Of a stretch of 64,000 nt of DNA, positions 54,266 through 62,575 are shown in pieces (position 1 is the first letter of the stretch; each line of letters opens with the position of its first letter). The stretch comes from Polyangiales bacterium (GTDB lineage Bacteria > Myxococcota_A > Polyangia > Polyangiales > Ga0077539): the NCBI GenBank assembly GCA_044229975.1, contig JBGARZ010000001.1, positions 32,001 through 96,000 of the forward strand, written 5' to 3'. The notes under the pieces are model-generated. The model searched no databases, had not been told where the DNA came from, and saw only the letters and a list, made by a program, of their open reading frames with translations. A program made the translations under genes and the position numbers.

Positions 54266-55075
54266 CTACTTGGTGACGAAGGCCTTTTCGAGGACGTAGC
54301 AGCCGGGCTCGCCGCTGTTGCCCTCGGTGAAGCCGCGCTCCTCCAGGAGCTTCTGGCAATCGCCGTTCATCGCCTCGCTGCCGCACAGCATCACGCGGTC
54401 GTGCTCGGGGCTGAAGGACGACACGCCGATGTCGCGGAAGATGCGGCCCTCGTTGATGAGCGTGGTGATGCGCGCCTGCACCGCGAAGGGCTCGCGCGTG
54501 ACGCTGGGGTAGTAGTGGAGCTTGTGGCCGATGATGTCGCCGAGGAGCTCGTCCTTGTGCAGCGTGGTGATCATCTCGCGGTAGGCGAGGTCGGCCACCT
54601 CGCGCACGGTGTGGCTGATGACCACGCGCTCGAAGCGCTCATAGGTGTGCGGGTCGCGCATGATGCTGAGGAAGGGCGCCAGGCCCGTGCCCGTGGCGAG
54701 GAGCCAGAGCGTCTTGCCCGGCAGGAGGTTGGCGACGATGAGCGTGCCGGTGGTCTTGCGGCCGACGAGCAGCGTGTCGCCCACCTTCACGTGCTGGAGC
54801 TTGCTGGTGAGCGGGCCGTCCTGGACCTTGATCGAGTAGAACTCGAGCTCCTCGTCCCACGGCGCGCTGGCCATCGAGTAGGCGCGCACGAGGGGCTTGG
54901 CGTTGTGCATGAGACCGATCATCGCGAACTGCCCCGCGTCGAAGCGGAAGCCTCCGTTGCGGGTGCAGCGGATGGTGAACAACCGATCGGTCCAGTGGTG
55001 GACGCTGGTGATGGTCTCGCCGTGGTAGTTCGGCGGAATCGCCACCTCGGATCCGTTCGACAGAGCACTGGTCAT
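54266..55075 (-). CDS. fpr: Ferredoxin--NADP+ reductase (bacterial subclass I)
   Basis: VHHWTDRLF, RAYSMAS, FYSIKVQDGPLTSKL, LATGTGLAPF, RVMLCGS, C-terminal EKAFVTK. Confidence 0.95.
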   Translation of the reverse strand: MTSALSNGSEVAIPPNYHGETITSVHHWTDRLFTIRCTRNGGFRFDAGQFAMIGLMHNAKPLVRAYSMASAPWDEELEFYSIKVQDGPLTSKLQHVKVGDTLLVGRKTTGTLIVANLLPGKTLWLLATGTGLAPFLSIMRDPHTYERFERVVISHTVREVADLAYREMITTLHKDELLGDIIGHKLHYYPSVTREPFAVQARITTLINEGRIFRDIGVSSFSPEHDRVMLCGSEAMNGDCQKLLEERGFTEGNSGEPGCYVLEKAFVTK

Positions 55076-55228
55076 GAGAGTCGGTCGTCCCTTTCTTGCG
55101 AGCGCTCGCCCGCGCGATCGTAGGCCGCGAACGAGGAGCGCGTACCATCGGGTTTCGCCGGGTGCAACTCCACTCGCGGCCCTCGATGATCGCCCCTGCG
55201 CGACCTGGTCGGCGTAGGGTGCGCGGCG

Positions 55229-56194
55229 ATGACCCCGCGTCACCTCGGCCTCGCCGTCACCGCGCTTACACTGGCGTGTCGTGAGCCTCGACCGACGGAG
55301 GTGATCGACGACGCGGGCCAACCCGACGTCATCGCAGACGCCGGGATTCCTGCGGTGATTCGCGACGCTCGACGGGTGCGCGTGGCGACCTTCAACGTGC
55401 ACCGCTTCTTCGATCCGACGTGCGACTCGGGGCGCTGCGGCGGCGACGAGTACGAAGAACTCCCGACGCCTGAAATGTTTGCGCGGCGCGCTGAACAGAT
55501 TGCACACGCGATCGAGCGCCTCGACGTCGACGTGGTGCTCTTGCAGGAGGTCGAGACCGCCGTGTCGTTGCACGCGCTCTCGGAGCGACTCGGCCCCGCG
55601 TGGCCCACCGCGGTGCTCGGCGAGATCGGGACGCCCGCGTCGGTCGATGTCGCCGTCGTCGCGCGTGACCCGCTCGTGGCGGTGCGAACCCACCGCGATC
55701 GGGTGCTGCATCGCCCCGACGGGAGCGAGACGACCTTCGCGCGCGAGCTGCTGGAGGTCGAGGTCGACCACATGGGGCACACGGTGATCGTGTTCGCGGC
55801 GCACCTGCGATCGATGGTGAGCGACGACCCCGGGCGGCGGCTCGCCGAGGCGCAGGCCGCGAGGGACATCGTGAGCGCGCGGGCCACCGAGCGTAGCGAC
55901 GCGCTCGTGGTGCTGGGCGGCGACTGCAACGACGCGCCGGGCTCGGCGACGCTCATGGCATTGGAAGAGGGCGGCGCGCTGGAGCGGGCGACGGAGGGCC
56001 TGCCCGCGGAGGAGATCGCGACGTACGTGTTCGGCGGCGCGGGGGTGGCGCTCGACCATGTGTTCAGGGCGCGCGTGGGGGCCGGGGCGCTGGTGCCGAC
56101 GGAGGTGGGCACACGCTGGGACGCACGGCCTGCGCGGGGTTACGGCGGGTCCGATCACGCCGCGCTGCGGGCGGTCTACGCCTTCGCGAACTGA
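55229..56194 (+). CDS. Endonuclease/exonuclease/phosphatase-family lipoprotein
   Basis: Lipobox TLA-C; VATFNV, LQEVE, GDCND, LDHV, SDH. Confidence 0.9.
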   Translation: MTPRHLGLAVTALTLACREPRPTEVIDDAGQPDVIADAGIPAVIRDARRVRVATFNVHRFFDPTCDSGRCGGDEYEELPTPEMFARRAEQIAHAIERLDVDVVLLQEVETAVSLHALSERLGPAWPTAVLGEIGTPASVDVAVVARDPLVAVRTHRDRVLHRPDGSETTFARELLEVEVDHMGHTVIVFAAHLRSMVSDDPGRRLAEAQAARDIVSARATERSDALVVLGGDCNDAPGSATLMALEEGGALERATEGLPAEEIATYVFGGAGVALDHVFRARVGAGALVPTEVGTRWDARPARGYGGSDHAALRAVYAFAN

Positions 56195-56242
56195 CTCCCT
56201 GGACACTGCGCCGTCACGGTGCGAGAGCGATGCTCGCGAGCC

Positions 56243-57076
56243 ATGAGCGTCCTGGCGCACATCACCGACGTCCACCTCATCGAGCCCGATGCGCGGCGGC
56301 CTGCCGGGCTTGGTGCGGCGGCGCGGCGGACGTTCTTGACCTTCGGGCGCGAGCTCGACGAGGCGACGCGGCGCGCTTCGTTGCTCGCCGCGTTGCGACA
56401 GGCGAAGGCGCTCGGCTTCGACCACCTCGTGATCACCGGCGACCTCACCGAAGAAGGAACGGTGGCGCAGTTCGAGGCCTTCGCGGCGGTGCTCCATGAA
56501 GCCGCCATCGACCCGGCGCGCGTGACCCTCGCGCCCGGCAACCATGACGTCTACGCGCACGCCGACGCGTGGACGGACGCGCTCGCTGGGCCGCTGCGGC
56601 CCTACGCCCCCACGAGTTCGCCGGGCGCGGTGGTGGAGTTCGCCGACCTGGTGCTGGCGCCGGTCTCGACGACGCGGGCCCAGCGCTGGTGGCGCTCGGC
56701 GGGCGAGGTGTCGACGACCGAGCGCCGAGCCGTGGCGGCGGCGGTGCGCACGGCCGCGCGACGCGGGGTGGCCGCCGTGATCGCGCAGCACCACCCGCCG
56801 ACGCAGGTGACGGGCGCGGTGTGGCACTGGTTCGACGGGCTGCTCGACCACGTCGAGATGCGTCCGGTGCTGCGCGCCCTTGAGCAGACCTACGTGCTCC
56901 ACGGTCACCTGCACGAGCGGCGCGACGATCGCTTCGAGGGCGAGTCCGTCGCCCGCATCTTCGGCGCGGCGGCGGTCATCAACGACCCACGCCCCGTGCG
57001 GCGCTACCGGGTCGCCCACGCGACGCTCACGCCCATCGACGACGGAGCGACTCAGCTTGCCGGGACGCAGCGGTAG
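56243..57076 (+). CDS. Calcineurin-like metallophosphoesterase (CpdA/Icc-like)
   Basis: HITDVH, TGDLT, PGNHD, QHHPP, LHGHLH. Confidence 0.9.
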   Translation: MSVLAHITDVHLIEPDARRPAGLGAAARRTFLTFGRELDEATRRASLLAALRQAKALGFDHLVITGDLTEEGTVAQFEAFAAVLHEAAIDPARVTLAPGNHDVYAHADAWTDALAGPLRPYAPTSSPGAVVEFADLVLAPVSTTRAQRWWRSAGEVSTTERRAVAAAVRTAARRGVAAVIAQHHPPTQVTGAVWHWFDGLLDHVEMRPVLRALEQTYVLHGHLHERRDDRFEGESVARIFGAAAVINDPRPVRRYRVAHATLTPIDDGATQLAGTQR

Positions 57077-58020
57077 TCGGTGCCGGGACACGCCGTGCAG
57101 CGATCGCCCGAGCAGTTGACCGCCACGTAGCCAGGCGCGCACACGCAGCTCCGCGTGCTCTCGTTGCACACCGCGTGGCGCGGACACGTGAACCCACCCG
57201 TGCACGCGATGGCTCCACCACCGCAGAAGCCCGCGCGAGCGCAGTACCAGTCGGGGGACGTGCAGGTGAGGCCGCAGGCGACGCCCGCACAGGTGCGCGC
57301 GATGTACCCGGGCAGGCACGAGCAGAGGTTGTCGACCGTGCAGATGCTGTTGGTCGGACAGACCACGCCCTCGTCGCAGGCGACGGTGAAGTTGCCGATG
57401 CCGCAGGCCGGGGTCACGCAGCGGCCGGTCTCCTCGCAGACCTGCATGGCGGGGCAGTCGGAGCCGCACGTTCCGCCGCAGTCGTCGCTGCCACAGAGGC
57501 GACCGGTGCAGTCGGGCACCACCGCGTTGACGCAGGTGCCGCTCCAGCGACCACCCGCATCACAGGACTCCACGCCGTCGCGGCAGTACCCGCGACCACG
57601 CGACGCAGGCGGCCCCGGGTAGCACGGGCGTCGCTCGCCCGGCGTGCAGCCCACCACACCCGCATCGACGCCGACGTCGACCGCGCCGCGATCGACCGGG
57701 ACGTCCGTCGCGCCGAGGTCGACGACGGCGCCGCGATCGGTGACCACGTCGAAGCCTGCGTCCACGCGCCCCGCGTCGGGTCCGACATCCGTGATGACCG
57801 GCGCATCGAGGGCGCCACGATCGCCGCCGAGGTCGGCGAAGCCACGGTCTGTCGCCACGACGTCGGGCGCGTCGATCGGGGTGACCACGTCCGTCGCAAC
57901 AGCATCACGGCGTGCGTCCACGCCGACGTCGCGGGCGCCGCTGTCGCGCACGTCGGGCTCGGGCAGCGTCCAGCTACACCCCGCGCAGAGCGCCAACGCC
58001 AGCCAGCGCGACGACGTCAC
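57052..58020 (-). CDS. Cys-rich lipoprotein with Asp-periodic stalk
   Basis: GTG start overlapping the upstream stop (GTGA); lipobox CAG-C; CYPGP...GRGYCRDG..SC, C.PDC.GR.CG.D.CGG.CG and EGF-like repeats. Confidence 0.82.
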   Translation of the reverse strand: MTSSRWLALALCAGCSWTLPEPDVRDSGARDVGVDARRDAVATDVVTPIDAPDVVATDRGFADLGGDRGALDAPVITDVGPDAGRVDAGFDVVTDRGAVVDLGATDVPVDRGAVDVGVDAGVVGCTPGERRPCYPGPPASRGRGYCRDGVESCDAGGRWSGTCVNAVVPDCTGRLCGSDDCGGTCGSDCPAMQVCEETGRCVTPACGIGNFTVACDEGVVCPTNSICTVDNLCSCLPGYIARTCAGVACGLTCTSPDWYCARAGFCGGGAIACTGGFTCPRHAVCNESTRSCVCAPGYVAVNCSGDRCTACPGTDYRCVPAS

Positions 58021-59027
58021 CAGCGCACCACCAGACCCGACGGGCCGGCCGCGACGCGACGGGTCGACGCTGACGACGAGGACGCCCGGTCGACGATGAG
58101 CGCCGTCACCGCGAGGGCCGCGCCGATGCCCGTCACCGCCCACAGCCCGTTGACGACCGAGGCCCGCGCGTCGAGGGCGGCCTGCGTGTCGGCCCGCTCG
58201 CGCACGCACGACGCGGCCACCCCCTCGCCGCCGCAGCGCGCGAGGTAGTCCGACTCGGTCGAAGCGCCGTCCACGCCGAGCCCGAGCGCCAGGCCACCCG
58301 CGATCGCTGCGATGCTGGCGCCGATGCCGATGGTCACCTGCCAGCCGCTCACGCCGCGGCGCGTGATGAGGCCGCCCTCGGGCGCGTAGCAGAGCCCTCC
58401 GCGCAGGACGAGCCCGCGGCCGCACGCGGCGGTCTGCGCCACCGGAGCGGAGGGCTCCATCACCGACTCGCGTTCGAGGACGATCTCCTCGCGGGCGACG
58501 TTGCCGCCCGTCACCTCCACCGAGCGGCGCCACCCCCGGTAGCCCGAGGCCGTCGCCTCGACGAGCGTCGTCCCCGGCGGCAGCACCATGGGTTCGACCA
58601 TGGGCCACGGCGTCACCACCTGGTTGCCCACGCGCACCTCCACACCCGGGGCGCCGCCCGTGAGCATCAGCCGACCGACGTGCGACTGGGCTTCGGCGAG
58701 CCAGGTGACGGCGTCGCCGCGGTGGCGGTGCACCCAGTTGTCGTCGGGCAGCGCGAGGGCCTCGCGCAGGTGCGCCTCGGCGTCGGCCCACCGCGCGACG
58801 CGCAGCTCACACGAGGCCATCTCCCCGAGCGCGCGACCCGTGCGACCGTGGTCGAGGGCCTGCCGAAACAGGTCGAGGGCGCGCTCGAACTCGCCGCGGC
58901 GGCAGCGCTCGGTGGCCCGGCGGGCGAGGAAGTCCACGTCGTCGGACTCCTGCGCGCAGACCGTGGACGGCGCCATCATCGCGACCGTCGCCATCACCAT
59001 CGCGGACGCCGCGCGGGCCCTGAACAT
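58017..59027 (-). CDS. TPR + PEGA domain protein with C-terminal membrane region
   Basis: Signal peptide, TPR (WADAEAHLREAL), PEGA (PGVEVRVG...LPPG...VEATASGY), hydrophobic hairpin, terminal GLVVRW. Confidence 0.85.
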   Translation of the reverse strand: MFRARAASAMVMATVAMMAPSTVCAQESDDVDFLARRATERCRRGEFERALDLFRQALDHGRTGRALGEMASCELRVARWADAEAHLREALALPDDNWVHRHRGDAVTWLAEAQSHVGRLMLTGGAPGVEVRVGNQVVTPWPMVEPMVLPPGTTLVEATASGYRGWRRSVEVTGGNVAREEIVLERESVMEPSAPVAQTAACGRGLVLRGGLCYAPEGGLITRRGVSGWQVTIGIGASIAAIAGGLALGLGVDGASTESDYLARCGGEGVAASCVRERADTQAALDARASVVNGLWAVTGIGAALAVTALIVDRASSSSASTRRVAAGPSGLVVRW

Positions 59028-59133
59028 CGGCGGCACTCTGCGAAATCTTCGCGGCGAGGGCAATGACGACGCGCGGTGGTTGCTCGTTCCCCTTCGGCTC
59101 TGCTAGCGAAGAAGGCCGGAACACGGCCACGCC

Positions 59134-59721
59134 ATGAAGCCCACGAGCGACCCCGCGCGGAGAAAGCTGCTGCTCCAGACGGCGGCGAGGCTGCTCCGGC
59201 ACTACGGCCCGGCGAAGACCACCATCGCCGACATCGCGCGCGAGGCCAGCGTCGGCGTCGGCAGCGTGTACCTGGAGTTCTGCTCGAAGGACGACATCGT
59301 CGAGGCGCTCTCGCAGGACAACCACGCCCGCGTGCTCGACGCCATGCGCGCCGCCCTCGCGGGCCCCGGCAGCTACGCCGACCGACTGCGCGCCATGCTC
59401 GACGCCCGCATCGCGGCCTTCTTCGAGCTCGCCGACGAGGGCGCCCACGCCGCCGACCTCCTGCACTGCGAGCGCGACGCCGTGCAGCGCATCCACAAGC
59501 GCTTCCTCGAAGAGCAGCACGCGCTCGTCACGGCCTTCCTCGACGAGGCGATGGGCGCCGGGGAGTTCGCCGTCACCGACGCACGTCACGCCGCTGCTGC
59601 GCTGCTGGGCGCCTACGAGACGCTGGCGCCGCCCTTCCTCTACGCGCGCTGTCGCGAGAGCGCCGCGGGGCGACAGCACGCGCTGCACGAGCTCGTGCTC
59701 AAGGGCCTGCTCACGCGCTAA
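59134..59721 (+). CDS. TetR/AcrR family transcriptional regulator
   Basis: LLQTAARLL.HYG..KTTIADIAREASVGVGSVYLEF.SKDDI. Confidence 0.93.
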   Translation: MKPTSDPARRKLLLQTAARLLRHYGPAKTTIADIAREASVGVGSVYLEFCSKDDIVEALSQDNHARVLDAMRAALAGPGSYADRLRAMLDARIAAFFELADEGAHAADLLHCERDAVQRIHKRFLEEQHALVTAFLDEAMGAGEFAVTDARHAAAALLGAYETLAPPFLYARCRESAAGRQHALHELVLKGLLTR

Positions 59722-60134
59722 CGCTTCCTGGGCTTCGGCGTCTTGCCCACGCGGGGGTCGGCCTTGCGCACCAGCGCGCAGAGCCGGAGCACCTCCTCCT
59801 CGAAGGTCTCGCTCGCCACCGGAATCACCTGCCAGCCGCTCTCGCCCGGGCCGAAGACCGTGATCGACCGTAGCGACGGGAGTTCTCGTCGCAGCGAGGC
59901 GTGGTGCTCGGCGGTGGTGGCGACCCAGACGCCGTCGTCGGCGGTGTTGCGGTCACGCAGCGCGAGCACGATGCGCGGGCCCACGTACACCGCGGTGGTC
60001 CCGAACATCAGCCGCGTGGCGGGCGCGAGCTCGTCGAGCTCGTCGAGCACGAAGGAGAACGGGATCTTCTTCGGCGCGCTCGCCTTCGACTTCTTCGCGG
60101 AGACAGCCTCGGCCGGGTCACTTCGCTTCGCCAT
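59718..60134 (-). CDS. Hypothetical protein with TfoX-N-like motif
   Basis: FVLDEL..L.P..R.MFG..AVYVG..IV..LR, GVWVAT, WQVIP, DPRVGK; TATGGT 8 nt upstream of the ATG. Confidence 0.75.
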   Translation of the reverse strand: MAKRSDPAEAVSAKKSKASAPKKIPFSFVLDELDELAPATRLMFGTTAVYVGPRIVLALRDRNTADDGVWVATTAEHHASLRRELPSLRSITVFGPGESGWQVIPVASETFEEEVLRLCALVRKADPRVGKTPKPRKR

Positions 60135-60222
60135 GGCGTCCCACCATACGCGACGTGACCCCGCGGCACGGTGTGCATCCCGCGCACGCCTCGAACACCC
60201 CCGTTTCGCTGCGATTTTCGCG

Positions 60223-60238
60223 CGGCACGCGCACTGCT
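60223..60238 (+). promoter_or_regulatory. Putative sigma54 promoter
   Basis: CGGCACGCGCACTGCT (GG-N10-GC, GGCACG core), 43 nt upstream of ATG 60282; AGGAG in the leader. Confidence 0.6.
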
Positions 60239-60281
60239 CAGGGTCGGTCATCCCTGACCCACAGGAGCCAAGAACACCCCC

Positions 60282-61043
60282 ATGAACCTTCGCCTGCTTG
60301 CTTCGTCCCTCGGCCTCCTCGTCTCGTCGCAGCTCCTCACCGGCTGCTTCCCCTTCCCCCTCGATGACCACGACGACCCGGTTCCATTGGTGCCTCCGCA
60401 GGAGGAGACGGTCTCGTTTCGCTACACCGCCAGCCGCGGCTGTGGCCCCTTCGACGGCGCGTGCAGCACCGATCGGCCGCTGCTCGCGGGCGTTCGCGAG
60501 CAGATGGCGGTGAGCCTCTCGTACAACCCCTCGGGCCTCGAACCGACCGTGACCTCCAGCGACCCAGCCGTCATCGACGTCGGACCGGTGCGTCGCACGA
60601 GCAGCAGCAGCTACGACTTCCAGGGGCTCTTCGAGGTCCACGCGGGCGACCACGCGGGCAGCGCCACCATCACCGTCACCCAGGGCGACGGCCGCACCTC
60701 GACGCTCCTCCTCACCGTCGACGACGCCGCCGGCATGGAGATCGTCGAGGACGAAGGGACCTCCCGCTACGACCGCTCGCTGGGGCGCATCTCGCTGCGC
60801 GTCGGCGAGCGCATCTCGCTCAACGGCGAGCCCGTCAACCTCAACGCGGTGCGCCTGCTCTCCAACGACGGCGTCGTCTGGTCGGTCCCCGACACCCGCC
60901 GCGTCGGCCTGTCGTGGAGCTACATGAGCGGCCCCCGCGTCGCCGACGACCACGTCTACGTCGAAGGGCTCGCGCCCGGCACCGAGGTGCTCACCGTCCG
61001 CGCGGGCGTCGTCGAGCGCACCCTCATCATCGACGTGCGCTGA
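60282..61043 (+). CDS. Lipoprotein with Ig-like (Big_2-like) beta domains
   Basis: Lipobox LTG-C; VTSSDPAVIDV, G.ATITV, VVWSVPD, GLAPGTEVLTVRAG. Confidence 0.8.
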   Translation: MNLRLLASSLGLLVSSQLLTGCFPFPLDDHDDPVPLVPPQEETVSFRYTASRGCGPFDGACSTDRPLLAGVREQMAVSLSYNPSGLEPTVTSSDPAVIDVGPVRRTSSSSYDFQGLFEVHAGDHAGSATITVTQGDGRTSTLLLTVDDAAGMEIVEDEGTSRYDRSLGRISLRVGERISLNGEPVNLNAVRLLSNDGVVWSVPDTRRVGLSWSYMSGPRVADDHVYVEGLAPGTEVLTVRAGVVERTLIIDVR

Positions 61044-61050
61044 CCGCCCG

Positions 61051-62010
61051 CTACGGGACCTTCGCCATCCACGCGTCGTCGAAGATGCGCGAGCGATAGC
61101 GGTCCCACCCGTCAGCGAGCAACGCCACCACCGGCCCGTCGACGCGACCCTCGCGCGCGACCCGCAGCGCGGCCACCACCGCGGTGCCCGACGAGCCGCC
61201 CACCAACAAGCCCTCCTCGGACACCAGCCGCCGCGCCATCTCGAAGCTCTCGCGGTCACCCACCATCTCCGCGCCGTCGATCACCGTCGGGTCCATCACC
61301 GCCGGAACCTCGCTCGACCCGATGCCCTCCACCAGATACGACCCGCCCTCGGTGGGCGCCGCGTGTCCCAGCAGCGCCGCGAGTCGGCTGCCCATCGGGT
61401 CGGCCAGCACCACCCTCACCCGCGGGTCCATGCGCTTGAGGTAGCGGCCGACGCCAGTGAGCGTTCCGCCGGTGCCGGCGCCCGCGACGAAGGCGCCGAT
61501 GCGCCCGTCGCACTGCCGCCATAGCTCGGGGCCGGTGGTCTCCTCGTGCGCGCGGGGGTTGGCCGGGTTGCGAAACTGGTCGGTGAGGAAATGCCCCGGA
61601 CGCTCCGCCGCGATGCGACGCGCCACCATCTGGAAGTTTCGCGGATCACCCGGCGGCGCGTTGTCGGTGATGACCACCTCGGCGCCCAGCGAGCGCAGCG
61701 CGGCGCGCTTCTCTTCGGACATCTTCTCGGGCATCACGCACAACAGGCGATAACCGCGCGCGCCCGCCATCAGCGCGAGCCCGATGCCCGTGTTGCCCGC
61801 CGTCGCCTCGACCAGCGTGTCGCCGCGCTTCAACACACCGCGCGCCTCCGCGTCGAGGACGATGGAGCGAGCGATGCGGTCCTTCACCGAGCCGCCGGGG
61901 TTGAGGTGCTCGCACTTCACCAACACCGGAACACGGCAGCCGTCGGTCACGCGCTGGAGGGCGACGAGGGGGGACTCGCCGATGAGGTCTTCCACGCTTC
62001 GTCGGGTCAC
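61051..62010 (-). CDS. PLP-dependent cysteine synthase / cystathionine beta-synthase-like enzyme
   Basis: KCEHLNPGGSVKDRIA, EATAGNTG, MPEKMS.EK, GAGTGGT, YLVEGIG, GGSSG. Confidence 0.92.
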   Translation of the reverse strand: MTRRSVEDLIGESPLVALQRVTDGCRVPVLVKCEHLNPGGSVKDRIARSIVLDAEARGVLKRGDTLVEATAGNTGIGLALMAGARGYRLLCVMPEKMSEEKRAALRSLGAEVVITDNAPPGDPRNFQMVARRIAAERPGHFLTDQFRNPANPRAHEETTGPELWRQCDGRIGAFVAGAGTGGTLTGVGRYLKRMDPRVRVVLADPMGSRLAALLGHAAPTEGGSYLVEGIGSSEVPAVMDPTVIDGAEMVGDRESFEMARRLVSEEGLLVGGSSGTAVVAALRVAREGRVDGPVVALLADGWDRYRSRIFDDAWMAKVP

Positions 62011-62109
62011 CCGTGCACCGTACCGCGAGTCAGAGCTCTGCCCTCCACTCCGCCGACGCGCTCGCCATGAATTTCACCTCGGCCCGGCGCGAACTTCTAC
62101 GGTTCGTTC

Positions 62110-62508
62110 ATGGACATCGACCTTCCCGTCCCGCAGCGTCGCGGGGATTCTCGCGAAGCCGTCTCGATCCCCGCCGCCGTCTTCGCCGATGGCTTCCCAC
62201 AGCCCGTCGAGTTGGAGTGCACCAACCTCTCCAACACCGGGATGTACCTCCACGGCAACCCCTCCCTCGCCCTCGGCGAGGAGGTGCTGCTCGTCTTCAT
62301 CCCGCCGGGCACCTGGCACCGCATCTACGTCGACGCCGTGGTCGTGCGAACGATCTCCGACGAAGGACGCGGCCTCGGGCTCCAGTTCTCGCGCATGCCG
62401 CGCCACGACAACGACGTGCTCCGTAGCGCCCTCGACCACAAGCGCGAGCGCACCCGCATCTGGGACGTCGCCGTCGCCGACCTCGAGTTCGACATCGAAG
62501 CCAACTGA
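62110..62508 (+). CDS. Stand-alone PilZ-domain protein
   Basis: RxxxR (QRRGDSR) and (D/N)xSxxG (NLSNTG), VVR...GLGLQF. Confidence 0.88.
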   Translation: MDIDLPVPQRRGDSREAVSIPAAVFADGFPQPVELECTNLSNTGMYLHGNPSLALGEEVLLVFIPPGTWHRIYVDAVVVRTISDEGRGLGLQFSRMPRHDNDVLRSALDHKRERTRIWDVAVADLEFDIEAN

Positions 62509-62575
62509 GGGGGCCACCGCCGATTCCGTGAGAGTCGGACCGACCACGGTCCAATCCCACGGGTGGAGGTCCCCG

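Noticed and set aside
54266..57469. 1067-aa fused ORF, and similar over-extended ORFs at 31215-34883, 23773-25914, 47690-49204, 59718-61259 and 61784-63571
   Set aside because: The upstream extensions overlap other real genes in different frames or strands; true starts were placed at internal codons supported by motifs, signal peptides or stop/start overlaps.
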